Assembly: GCA_965203515.1 (NCBI GenBank)
Contig: OZ241907.1
Span: forward strand, 224,001 to 288,000
From: Spirochaetia bacterium
GTDB lineage: Bacteria > Spirochaetota > Spirochaetia > SZUA-6 > Bin103
Length of the DNA stretch: 64,000 nucleotides
Reading direction: 5' to 3'
Within the stretch, counting starts at the first letter, position 1. Every line of letters begins with the position of its first letter. Below, piece by piece: positions 10,206-19,703 of this stretch. Under the pieces are notes generated by a model that worked only from the letters and a program-made list of their open reading frames with translations, searched no databases and was not told where the DNA came from. The position numbers and the translations under genes are program-made.

Positions 10206-10288
10206 GCTGCGCCAAGCCGTCGGATGGACGGTGGTGGCGCCGGGCGCGCGCCTGGGCTACGGTAAGCTCAAGACGCGATCGAGCTGCC

Positions 10289-13200
10289 GTGACGAGTTCA
10301 TTGAGCGAGAAGTTCCAGCGCCTGTTGCGCGAGCTCTTCCAGTTCGACTGCGCCGACCTCGATTTCGGCATCTACCGGGTCATGAACCACAAACGCGGCG
10401 TGATCGAGACGTTCATCGCCGAGGACCTGCCGCGCACCATCGCGGACGAGCTGCAACGCGGCCCGCTCGCCGACCAGGCGCAGGCCGCCGAACGCCTGCA
10501 GGAGCTAGCTCAGCAGATACGGGATGCCTTGGGCGGGAATGCGCTCGACGCCGACGGCAACTTGGTGGTGATGTATCGAGATACCCCGTTGGGCCGGAAG
10601 TTCCTTCGGGCGAAGCGGACCGGCGGCCTCAACCGGGAAGCGCTGGAAGCGACCATCTACAACCATCTGTATGCGTTCTTCAGCCGCTACTATCAGGACG
10701 GCGACTTCATCTCGAAACGGCGCTATTCCAGGCGCCAGCCCTACGCCATTCCCTACAACGGCGAAGAGGTCTATCTGCACTGGGCGAACAACGATCAGTA
10801 CTACGTCAAGTCCGACGAGCATTTCCGCAACTACGCCTTCACGCGGCAGGGCGTCACCGTGCGCTTCACGGTGCGGAACGCGAGCGTGGAACAGAACGAC
10901 GTCAAAGGCGACAAGCGGTTCTTCCTGCCACAGGTCGCAGAGATCACCTGCGATGCGGAAGCCGGCCGCGTGCTCATCCCGTTCGAATACCGGCCCCTGA
11001 CCGGTCGGGAGGAGCTGGTCTACGGCCGCAGGAACCAGCAGGAAGCGATCATCCGCGCAGCCTTGACCGAGGTTCCCCGGCGGTTGCGCGGCGCCGACGC
11101 GGCGGTGGCGGCGCTGACGGCCGAGCGCCATCGCAACGGCGACGGCCGGCCGGTCGACTTCCTCGAATACCATCTCCGGCGCTACACGCGGCGCAACACC
11201 TCCGATTTCTTCATCCACAAGAACCTGCAAGGGTTCCTCACCCGGGAGCTCGACTTCTATCTGAAGAACGAGGTGCTCGATCTGGACGAGCTGGCGGCCA
11301 TCGGCGAGGAAGTGGCCGAAGGTTGGTTCCAGCTCATGCGGACGATCAAGGCGGTCGGGGGGCGGATCATCGAGTTCCTGGATCAGATCGAGAGCTTCCA
11401 GAAGATGTTGTGGGAGAAGCGCAAGTTCATCACCGAGACCCAGTACTGCATCACCATCGGCACCATCGACCGGAAATTCTATCCCGATATCGCCGCCTGT
11501 GACTCGCAATGGGCGGAATGGAAGGATCTGTTCCACCTCGACGAGGACGAAGACAATCTGTTCAATTGCAATGGAGACCGCACTGACCGACGCCTTACCT
11601 TCCTGGAAACCAATCCGACGCTGGTACTCGATACCCGGCATTTCGATTCCGGCTTCGTGGATCGGTTGCTCAACGACATGGATCACGTCGACGATCGGAC
11701 CGATGGTTTGCTGATTCACAGCGAGAACTTTCAGGCGCTCGGCCTGTTGCATGAGTCCTACCGCAACAGGGTCGAATGCGTATACTTGGATCCACCATAC
11801 AATACCGGTGACTCGGAGATTCTCTACAAGAACGAGTATCTCTTTTCTTCCTGGTTGACGATGATGGAAAATCGGCTTTCTCTCATGATGGGATTACTCA
11901 AGGAGGATCCCGTTCTATTCATCGCGATCGACGATTTCGAGATGGCCGATCTCTGCGAACTGATCGACAAGCACTATCCGTTCTTCCGTCGCGAGATGAT
12001 CGTCGTCAATCACCACCCCCAGGGCGGCAAGGCGACGCTGTTGGCGAACACCCATGAGTACATGCTCAGCTGCGTAAGCAAAGGTTCAGGGCGGACATTG
12101 GTGGGACGTATCACGAAAGACGACGATGAACTTCGACCATTCAAGCGCAGCGGGACCGCCGCGAGCAATTTCCGATACGCGCGGCCGAACAGCTTCTATT
12201 CCATATTGGTCGACGCGGAGACCAGGACCGTCGTCGGCGCGGAGCCTCCTCCGGCAAGGAATAATGACGAGTACCCGCGCGATAATACCGAAGAAGGATA
12301 TGTCCGAGTCTATCCATTTGGAACTCAGGGTGAGGAGCGGGTCTGGCGCCGCTCGTATGAGTCGTGCCTGCCGCTGATCAGAGACGGCAAGCTGCAGTGT
12401 AGCAACGGCATGACCATCTACCATCGCATCGAAGTGCAGGATCGCAGTGCCGCGTTGTTCAGCAACTGGGTCGATCCACGATATAATGCCGGCACCTTCG
12501 GCGCCAACCTGCTTGGTGACATAATCGGCGTCCACAACTCGTTCTCCTACCCGAAATCGGTTCACACCGTCGGCGACGCCATCTTCGGGGCAGGTATCGA
12601 AGACGACTCCTGCTGTGTCGATTTCTTCGCCGGATCGGGTACGACCGGGCACGCGGTGATCGATCTGAACCGTGAGGACGGCGGTGATCGTAAGTTCGTC
12701 CTTGTCGAGATGGGCAGGCATTTCGATACGGTATTGATGCCGCGCATCAAGAAAGTGACGTTCACGCCGGAGTGGAAGGCCGGGAAGCCCAAGCGCGCAG
12801 CCACGCCGGAGGAGGCTGAACGCGGCCCGCGCATCGTCAAGTACCATCGCCTGGAGAGCTACGAGGACGCGCTGAACAACATCGCTTTCGACGATGCGGC
12901 CGGTCAGCAGGCGCTGCGGTTCGACGATTACCTGCTCAAGTACCTGCTCACGTGGGAGACGCGCACCAGCGCGACCCTGCTGAACGTGGAGAAGCTGAAT
13001 CGGCCATTCGACTACCGGCTGGGCGTCCATGCCGACGGCCGGCGTCACGAACGGTTGGCGGACCTGCCGGAGACCTTCAACTACCTGCTGGGGCTGCGCG
13101 TGCAAACGCGCCGCGTGCACCACGACGACGGGCGCCGCTATCTGGTCTATCGCGGCAGCGTCGAAGACCGGACGACGGTGGTCATCTGGCGCGAGACGGA

Positions 13201-13366
13201 GGGCTGGCGGAAGGAAGAGCTGATTCGGGACAAGGAGTTCGTGACCGAACGGGACCTGACCGCGGGGGCGGACGCGGTGTTCGTCAACGGCGATTCCTTC
13301 ATCCCGAACGCGAAGGCACTGGAGCCGGTGTTCAAGGCGCGGATGTTCGCGCCGTTGGAGAACTGA
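10289..13366 (+). CDS. mod: Type III R-M methyltransferase (Mod), adenine-specific, beta-class motif order
   Basis: N-terminal DLDFGIYR; DPPY near 11789; FSYPK; DFFAGSGTTGHA near 12620; C-terminal LESYED.LNN and ETFNYLLGL. Directly upstream of res. Confidence 0.9.
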   Translation: MTSSLSEKFQRLLRELFQFDCADLDFGIYRVMNHKRGVIETFIAEDLPRTIADELQRGPLADQAQAAERLQELAQQIRDALGGNALDADGNLVVMYRDTPLGRKFLRAKRTGGLNREALEATIYNHLYAFFSRYYQDGDFISKRRYSRRQPYAIPYNGEEVYLHWANNDQYYVKSDEHFRNYAFTRQGVTVRFTVRNASVEQNDVKGDKRFFLPQVAEITCDAEAGRVLIPFEYRPLTGREELVYGRRNQQEAIIRAALTEVPRRLRGADAAVAALTAERHRNGDGRPVDFLEYHLRRYTRRNTSDFFIHKNLQGFLTRELDFYLKNEVLDLDELAAIGEEVAEGWFQLMRTIKAVGGRIIEFLDQIESFQKMLWEKRKFITETQYCITIGTIDRKFYPDIAACDSQWAEWKDLFHLDEDEDNLFNCNGDRTDRRLTFLETNPTLVLDTRHFDSGFVDRLLNDMDHVDDRTDGLLIHSENFQALGLLHESYRNRVECVYLDPPYNTGDSEILYKNEYLFSSWLTMMENRLSLMMGLLKEDPVLFIAIDDFEMADLCELIDKHYPFFRREMIVVNHHPQGGKATLLANTHEYMLSCVSKGSGRTLVGRITKDDDELRPFKRSGTAASNFRYARPNSFYSILVDAETRTVVGAEPPPARNNDEYPRDNTEEGYVRVYPFGTQGEERVWRRSYESCLPLIRDGKLQCSNGMTIYHRIEVQDRSAALFSNWVDPRYNAGTFGANLLGDIIGVHNSFSYPKSVHTVGDAIFGAGIEDDSCCVDFFAGSGTTGHAVIDLNREDGGDRKFVLVEMGRHFDTVLMPRIKKVTFTPEWKAGKPKRAATPEEAERGPRIVKYHRLESYEDALNNIAFDDAAGQQALRFDDYLLKYLLTWETRTSATLLNVEKLNRPFDYRLGVHADGRRHERLADLPETFNYLLGLRVQTRRVHHDDGRRYLVYRGSVEDRTTVVIWRETEGWRKEELIRDKEFVTERDLTAGADAVFVNGDSFIPNAKALEPVFKARMFAPLEN

Positions 13367-13368
13367 CG

Positions 13369-16300
13369 GTGCCCTGGCGAAGGGGCGTCAGCGGCGCCCG
13401 CCGCAGCAGCGTCCGCGAGTCCGGCGCGGCGCAGCACGTCAGGCTGGAGCAGCGGCTGGTGCTGCTGTCCTGGCTGAACGGGCTGCTCGGCTACCGGAGC
13501 AACCGTGACCTGCTGAGCGATCTGAAGGAGGCCCCGGAAGGGTTCGACGCGGCCGGACGCAGCCACATCTACCACCGGCTGACGGCGCGCGGCGAGCTGC
13601 AGGTGCCGGCGGCCGATCTGGCCCGATACGACGACAACGTCCGCGCGCACCTTGACGCCGTGAACGCCCGCCGCTCCGAGCCGATCACGCTGCGCTACTT
13701 TCAGCACGCCGCGCTCCTCCATACCGAGCTGTTCCTGGACCGGTACTTCCATGGCCGGGGTGAGCTGATCCGCTCGCTGAACCGGTTCGCGGCGGACCGG
13801 AACGCTGCCCGGCCGTTCGCCGACCCCGCCCCGCGCGACGCCGACTTCACGCAATCGGACCTGAAGAAGCTGGCGTTCTGGATGGCGACCGGCAGCGGCA
13901 AGACGCTCATCATGCACGTCAACTACCGCCAGTTCCTGCACTACCACCGCCGGCCGCTCGACAACGTGCTGCTGATCACCCCGAACGAGGGCTTGAGCGA
14001 GCAGCACCTCGCGGAGCTGGCCGCCTCGGGCATCCGGTGCCGGAGCTTCGACCCGAACGAGAGCGGTCTCATGACGGCCGGGGAGGACGAGGTCCGGGTC
14101 ATCGAGATCACCAAGCTGGTGCAGGAGAAGCGCGGCGGCGGCGTGAGCGTGCCGGTGGAGGCGTTCGAGGGCAACAACCTGATCTTCGTGGACGAGGGGC
14201 ACAAGGGCTCCGGCGGCGCCGCGTGGCGCAGCTTCCGCGACGCGCTGGGCGAGACCGGCTTCACGTTCGAGTACAGCGCCACCTTCGGGCAGGCGCTGAG
14301 CGCGGCGCGCAACGACCAGCTCACCGCCGAGTACGGCAAGTCGATCATCTTCGACTACTCGTACCGCTACTTCCACGGCGACGGATACGGCAAGGACTTC
14401 CACGTGCTCAACCTCAAGGAGGAAGCGGCGGAGGACAGAACCGACGCGCTGCTGCTCGGCAACCTGCTCTCCTTCCATGAGCAGCGGCGGCTGTTTGCGC
14501 GGCAGGCGTCGGCGCTGCGCCCGTACCACCTGGAACGCCCGCTGTGGGTGTTCGTCGGCAGCACCGTGAACGCGGTCTACACCGAGTCCGGCCGGAAGCG
14601 CAGCGACGTGCTCACGGTGGTCCGGTTCCTGCACCGCGTATTGGAGAACCGGCGGGGCTGGGTGGTCCGGGGCATCGAGGAGCTGCTCGCCGGCCGGAGC
14701 GGTCTGGCGGCGCCGGACGGGCGGGACGCGTTCGGCGATCGCTTCAAGTACCTGCGCGAAGATTCCTCATCGGCCGAGGCCGTGTACCGGGACCTGCTCG
14801 CCGCGGTGCTGCACGCGCCGGCGGGCGGCGGCCTGCACCTGTGCGCCATCCGCGGCAGCGCCGGTGAGATCGGACTGAAGGCGAGCGGCGCCGAACACTA
14901 CTTCGGACTGATCTACGTCGGCGACGCCGCCGCCTTCAGGAAACTCGCCGCGGCCGACGACTGCGGGATGACGTTGGAAGAGGACGTGGTCAGCGGCTCG
15001 CTGTTCGACGCCATCGGCCGTCCGGCCACCACCATCGACGTGCTGATCGGGGCGAAGAAATTCATGGAGGGCTGGAACTCGTGGCGGGTGTCGAGCATGG
15101 GACTGCTCAACATCGGCCGCAAGGAGGGATCGGAGATCATCCAGCTCTTCGGGCGCGGCGTGCGCCTGCGGGGCAGGGGACTCAGCCTGAAGCGAAGCGC
15201 GGCGCTGGCCGGCAAGCATCCGGCCCATCTCGGCCTGCTGGAGACGCTCAACGTGTTTGCCGTGCGCGCCAACTACATGACGCAGTTCCGCGCGTACCTG
15301 GAACGGGAAGGGATCGAGACCGAGGGTGACGTCGAGTTGCCGCTCGGCATCAGGACGAACCGGGACTTCCTGCGCCAGGGCCTGGTCGTACCTCGGGTGC
15401 CGGAGGACCGCAACTTCGCCGCCGAGGCGTATCTCCTGCTGGAGCCGGAGCGGGACCTCCGGGTGCGCGTGGACCTGTCGCTCAAGGCGCAGTCCCTCGA
15501 AAGCGGCGCCGGCGGCCTCACCGCGGTTGCGATGCGCGGCGGCCGGGAGGTGGCCATACCGGCCGCAAGTCTCGAGCTCGTCGATTGGCAGCGGGTCTAC
15601 CTGGATCTCCTCGAATACCGGGAACGGAGGGGTTACGCCAACCTCGTCATTTGGCCGGAAACGGCCCGGACGATCATGGAGACGTCCGACCCCGGCCGGC
15701 TCTACCGCCTGATCGCCGACGAGTCGGTGGTCGCGCCGACTTCCTTCGCCGGCACCGAACCGCTCCACGAGGCGGTGCTCTCCATCCTGCGGCGCTACCT
15801 GGACCGGTTCTATCGCGTCCATCGGGAGCGCTGGGAGGCTCAGCACATGGTGTACGCGGAGATCGACGAGGAGCATGCGAACTTCCGGCACTACACCGTC
15901 CGGATCGCCCGCAGCGAAGTCGAACTGATCGACGCGATTCAGAAGCTCATCGAGGAAGCGGACCGCATCTATCGGCAGGAGACGCAGGAGTTGCCGGCGG
16001 TTCACTTCGACCGCCACCTGTACCAGCCGCTGCTGGTGGAGCGCGGCGCCAAGGTACGGAGCGACCCGCCGGGCCTCAACGAGGCGGAACGTCGGTTCGT
16101 CGAGGATCTGCGGCAGTACTGTCGGGCCGAGCGCGACCGATCGCTCGCCGGCAAGGAGATCTATCTCCTGCGCAACCTGAGCAGGGGGAAGGGGATCGGT
16201 TTCTTCGAGCGGCGCGGCTTCTTTCCCGACTTCATCCTGTGGATCAAGGCCGGCCCCACGCAGCGCATCGTCTTCGTCGAACCGCACGGCCTGCTGCACG

Positions 16301-16569
16301 CCGAGGCGTACCGGCATGACGACAAGGCGCGGCTGCACGAGTCCCTGCCGGGACTGGCCGCGGCGATGGCGTCACGCACCACGCTGAAGAACGTGACCCT
16401 CGACTCCTTCATCGTCTCCGCGACTCCCTACGAGGACTTGCGCGCCAGATACGATGACGGCACCTGGAACCGGGACCGTTTCGGAGACCGGCACATCCTG
16501 TTCCGCGAAGCCGATCCCCACGGCTACGTCGCCCGGATCGTCACCCCACCGCGCCCCAATGACGGTTGA
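13369..16569 (+). CDS. res: Type III R-M restriction subunit (Res), SF2 helicase plus PD-(D/E)xK-like nuclease
   Basis: MATGSGKT, DEGH, YSATFGQ, QLFGRGVR, C-terminal FFPDFILW...FVEPHG. GTG 2 nt after the mod stop; exact start uncertain. Confidence 0.88.
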   Translation: MPWRRGVSGARRSSVRESGAAQHVRLEQRLVLLSWLNGLLGYRSNRDLLSDLKEAPEGFDAAGRSHIYHRLTARGELQVPAADLARYDDNVRAHLDAVNARRSEPITLRYFQHAALLHTELFLDRYFHGRGELIRSLNRFAADRNAARPFADPAPRDADFTQSDLKKLAFWMATGSGKTLIMHVNYRQFLHYHRRPLDNVLLITPNEGLSEQHLAELAASGIRCRSFDPNESGLMTAGEDEVRVIEITKLVQEKRGGGVSVPVEAFEGNNLIFVDEGHKGSGGAAWRSFRDALGETGFTFEYSATFGQALSAARNDQLTAEYGKSIIFDYSYRYFHGDGYGKDFHVLNLKEEAAEDRTDALLLGNLLSFHEQRRLFARQASALRPYHLERPLWVFVGSTVNAVYTESGRKRSDVLTVVRFLHRVLENRRGWVVRGIEELLAGRSGLAAPDGRDAFGDRFKYLREDSSSAEAVYRDLLAAVLHAPAGGGLHLCAIRGSAGEIGLKASGAEHYFGLIYVGDAAAFRKLAAADDCGMTLEEDVVSGSLFDAIGRPATTIDVLIGAKKFMEGWNSWRVSSMGLLNIGRKEGSEIIQLFGRGVRLRGRGLSLKRSAALAGKHPAHLGLLETLNVFAVRANYMTQFRAYLEREGIETEGDVELPLGIRTNRDFLRQGLVVPRVPEDRNFAAEAYLLLEPERDLRVRVDLSLKAQSLESGAGGLTAVAMRGGREVAIPAASLELVDWQRVYLDLLEYRERRGYANLVIWPETARTIMETSDPGRLYRLIADESVVAPTSFAGTEPLHEAVLSILRRYLDRFYRVHRERWEAQHMVYAEIDEEHANFRHYTVRIARSEVELIDAIQKLIEEADRIYRQETQELPAVHFDRHLYQPLLVERGAKVRSDPPGLNEAERRFVEDLRQYCRAERDRSLAGKEIYLLRNLSRGKGIGFFERRGFFPDFILWIKAGPTQRIVFVEPHGLLHAEAYRHDDKARLHESLPGLAAAMASRTTLKNVTLDSFIVSATPYEDLRARYDDGTWNRDRFGDRHILFREADPHGYVARIVTPPRPNDG

Positions 16570-16684
16570 CGCGCATTAATTAGTCGGTGCGCTCGGCCAC
16601 GGGATCGCTACCCGTGTACGGCGCGGCCGGCAACCCGGGTTACACCGCAGGAGCCCACCTGGTATGGCGGTCCGGTCCGCCTGC

Positions 16685-16718
16685 TTGTCAGGCGATGATC
16701 CCGTATGGTATGATACGG
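16685..16718 (+). promoter_or_regulatory. Sigma70-type promoter with a palindrome over the -10 box
   Basis: TTGTCA(16685-90), 18-nt spacer, TGG-TATGAT(16709-14). Inverted repeat CCGTAT(16701-06)/ATACGG(16713-18). Confidence 0.55.
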
Positions 16719-16781
16719 CTCCGCGGTCGCACGGGTCAGCGAAGGCCGGGAACCGCACAACAGCTTCAGGAGGTGACAGAG

Positions 16782-17432
16782 ATGGCTGACAGAGCATCGC
16801 AGGAGTATCCGGTGACGCTATCGGTAGCGTACCCCGACGGGCCGCGGAACCGGCTTACCGTGTTCTTCCGACCGCTCCTGGCCATACCGATCCTGATAAT
16901 CGGCGCCTTGATAGTCGGCCCCTCCCAGCTCGGCCAGATGGACCGGGGCTGGAACTTCGGTCGCACCGAAGCGGCGTTGCTGGCGGCCGGCCTGTTCGTG
17001 GCGACCGTCCTGATGATCCTGTTCCGCCGGAAGTACCCGCGCTGGTGGTTCGACTGGAACCTGGAGGTGGTGCGGTTCACCACCAGGATCAACGCCTATC
17101 TCAGCCTGTTGCGGGACGAGTATCCCTCCACCGATGAGCGGCAGGCAGTCACCGTCGACATCGTGTATCCGGACGCGCGGAATGATCTCAATCCCGTGCT
17201 GCCGCTGTTCAAGTGGTTTCTCGCCATACCCCATTACATCGTGCTGGGCATTCTGGGCATCGCCGGAGCGATCGTGGTCTTCATCGGCTGGTTGGTGATC
17301 CTGATAACCGGCAGGCTTCCCGAGGGGATGTTCCGGTTCCTGGAGGGACTGATGCGCTGGCAACTCAGGGTTGTCGCGTACGCGTTCCTGCTGACGACCG
17401 ACCGCTACCCGCCGTTTCGACTGGGCGACTAG
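16782..17432 (+). CDS. DUF4389-family membrane protein
   Basis: Two repeats of R/K..LAIP...ILF/T.R.P..F....R...R..AY..L..D.YP. SD AGGAGG. Confidence 0.8.
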   Translation: MADRASQEYPVTLSVAYPDGPRNRLTVFFRPLLAIPILIIGALIVGPSQLGQMDRGWNFGRTEAALLAAGLFVATVLMILFRRKYPRWWFDWNLEVVRFTTRINAYLSLLRDEYPSTDERQAVTVDIVYPDARNDLNPVLPLFKWFLAIPHYIVLGILGIAGAIVVFIGWLVILITGRLPEGMFRFLEGLMRWQLRVVAYAFLLTTDRYPPFRLGD

Positions 17433-17470
17433 GCTACCAAATGCGACCAGGCTAACCAAATGCGACCAGG
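17431..17470. repeat. Tandem 18/19-bp duplication at a stop codon
   Basis: AGGCTACCAAATGCGACC / AGGCTAACCAAATGCGACC / AGG. Confidence 0.8.
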
Positions 17471-17500
17471 CGCGGTGACCGTCACGCCGGGCCGCCTGCC

Positions 17501-18802
17501 GTGATGCGGGCCGACATGGCTCAAGCGGAACTGCTGCGGCGCGCGGGCAGGGTCTTCGTCGGCGGCACCATGGGAGAGTTCCACCTGCCGCCCGAAGCCT
17601 CCATGGTCTTCGTTCGCGGGGAGGGCAGCAAGCTCTACGACGCTGACGGCCGCCAGTACATCGACTTTCTGAACGGCAGCGGGCCGATGATCCTGGGCCA
17701 CTGCCATCCGGCGGTGGTCGCGGCGGTGACCGCGCAACTGCAGCGCGGCGCCACCTTCTTCGGCCTCAACCGGCCGGTCATCGAGCTGGGCGAGCGGATC
17801 GTCGACGCCGCTCCCTGCGGGGAGAAGATCCGCTTCGTGGGAACCGGCTCCGACGCGGTCTCCTTTGCGGTGCGCATGGCGCGCGCGTTCACCGGCCGCC
17901 GGCGCGTATTGCGCTTCGAGGGCGGTTGGCACGGCGTCAGCGACTTCGCGCTGCATGGGGCCAGACCGCCCCGGCCGAGCGACTATCCTCGCGCCGTCGC
18001 CGACGTCGCCGGCCTGCCGGCGGCGCTGTCCGACGATCTGCTGGTGTCGCCGTTCAACGACGCGGCGATGGCTCGGTCGCTGATCGAGCGCCACGCCGGC
18101 GAGTTGGCGGCGGTCTGCGTCGAGCCGTTGCAGCGCTGCATCCGCCCCAAGCCGCCCTTCCTGGAAACCCTGCGCGAGCTGACCGCCGAGCACGGCATCA
18201 TCCTGATCTTCGATGAGGTGGTGACCGGCTTCCGCATCGCCTGGGGCGGCGCGCAAGAGCGGTACGGCGTGGTGCCGGACCTGGCCGCCTACGGAAAGAC
18301 GATCAGCGGCGGTCACCCCAACGCTGCGGTCTGCGGCCGCGCCGACGTGCTGGAGACGGTGAATCCGTGGCGCGAGCGGTCAGACCCGCAACGGACCTTC
18401 GTGTCCGGCACCTTCAACGGCAATCCGATCTCGGCGGTCGCCGGCTTGGCCACGCTGAACGTGCTGGCCGAGCCGGGCACCTATGAACGCCTGCACGCGA
18501 TGGCCGACCGCATCCGCGCCGAAGTCGAAGCGATCGGTCGCGAGTCGTCGATCCCGTTGCTGGTCGGCGGCGACGGGCCGGTACTGCAGGTGTTGTTCAC
18601 CGATGCGGACGACATCGCCGACTACCGGACGATGCTCTACGCCGACAAGGATCGGGCGTTCCGCTTCGGCGTCGGCATGATCCGGCGAGGCTTCTTCGTC
18701 AGCCCGTACGAGAAGATCTACCTGTCGACCGCGCACACCGACGAGGACATCGACCGCGCGCTGGCGGCGATGCGCGAGGTCATGCAAGAACTCGCGGCGT
18801 GA
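17501..18802 (+). CDS. Class III aminotransferase (GSA-aminomutase-like paralogue)
   Basis: GSGPMILGH, FEGGWHG, LIFDEVVTGFR, PLP lysine in AYGKTISGG, SGTFNGNP. Start may be 17504 or 17516. Confidence 0.88.
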   Translation: MMRADMAQAELLRRAGRVFVGGTMGEFHLPPEASMVFVRGEGSKLYDADGRQYIDFLNGSGPMILGHCHPAVVAAVTAQLQRGATFFGLNRPVIELGERIVDAAPCGEKIRFVGTGSDAVSFAVRMARAFTGRRRVLRFEGGWHGVSDFALHGARPPRPSDYPRAVADVAGLPAALSDDLLVSPFNDAAMARSLIERHAGELAAVCVEPLQRCIRPKPPFLETLRELTAEHGIILIFDEVVTGFRIAWGGAQERYGVVPDLAAYGKTISGGHPNAAVCGRADVLETVNPWRERSDPQRTFVSGTFNGNPISAVAGLATLNVLAEPGTYERLHAMADRIRAEVEAIGRESSIPLLVGGDGPVLQVLFTDADDIADYRTMLYADKDRAFRFGVGMIRRGFFVSPYEKIYLSTAHTDEDIDRALAAMREVMQELAA

Positions 18803-18851
18803 CGACGGTCACGCCGCGTCGATCGTTGCTTCCAGCCTGACTTGGCCTAAC

Positions 18852-19703
18852 CTAACCGGTCGCGGCGGTCAGCGCGCGGCGTACGAACACCTTGGCCAGA
18901 TGGCGCCGGTAGTCCGCATCGGCGAACAGGTCGGAGAGCAGCTCCCGCCCGTCGGCGGCCTTGGCCGCGGCGGCCTGGATGGTGGCGGCGTCGAGCGTCG
19001 CTCCTTCCAGACCCGCCTCGACTCCCCGGTCCCGAAACGCGGCGGCGGCAACCCCGTTCAGCGCCACGCGCGCGCTTGCGCACCGGCCGCCGTCGGTCAC
19101 GACCGACACGGCCGCGCCGCACACCGCGAACCGCGAAGCGGGATGCGGGAACTTCTGATAGCTGCTGCCGGCGCCGCCCTGGTCCGGCGCCTCCACGGCG
19201 GTGACGATCTCGCCGTCCTCCAGGGCGGTGGCGTACAGGTCGACGAAGAAGTCGGCCGCGGCGATCTGCCGGCTGCCGCCGGCGCCGCGCACGTGGATCA
19301 CGGCGTCCGATGCCAGCAGCGCCGCCGGGTAGTCGGCCGCCGGGTCGGCGTGCGCGACACTGCCGCCGATGGTGCCCTTGTTGCGCACCTGCACGTCACC
19401 GATCGCGCCCGCAGCCGCGGCGACCAGCGGCGCCCGTGCTCCCACCAGACCGCACGAGGCGATCCGGTCATGCGTGGCGGCGGCGCCGATGCGCACGCCG
19501 CTGCCGCTCTCCTCGATCGCGGCCAGCTCGTCGATGCGGCTGATGTCGATCACGGTGCCCGGCCGGTCGAGCCGGAGCTTCATGGCCGGCAGCAGGCTGT
19601 GTCCGCCGGCGAGCAGGCGGGCGTCGCCGCCCGCCTCGGTGAGCATCCGCAGCGCTTCGTCGACCGAAGCGGCGCGTCGATACGCGAAGGTCGCGGGAAT
19701 CAC
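18852..19703 (-). CDS. coxM: Molybdenum hydroxylase FAD-binding subunit (CoxM-like)
   Basis: LAGGHSL.P.MK.R, IGD.QVRN.GTIGGS.AHADP.AD. GTG overlaps the coxL stop. Confidence 0.88.
   Translation of the reverse strand: MIPATFAYRRAASVDEALRMLTEAGGDARLLAGGHSLLPAMKLRLDRPGTVIDISRIDELAAIEESGSGVRIGAAATHDRIASCGLVGARAPLVAAAAGAIGDVQVRNKGTIGGSVAHADPAADYPAALLASDAVIHVRGAGGSRQIAAADFFVDLYATALEDGEIVTAVEAPDQGGAGSSYQKFPHPASRFAVCGAAVSVVTDGGRCASARVALNGVAAAAFRDRGVEAGLEGATLDAATIQAAAAKAADGRELLSDLFADADYRRHLAKVFVRRALTAATG

Noticed and set aside
10289..13366. Phase-variable mod (phasevarion)
   Set aside because: No homopolymer or simple-sequence repeat tract found in the gene.
17431..17470. CRISPR array (also 59861-59895 and 26621-26712)
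   Set aside because: Only two short repeat copies, no regular spacers, no cas genes.
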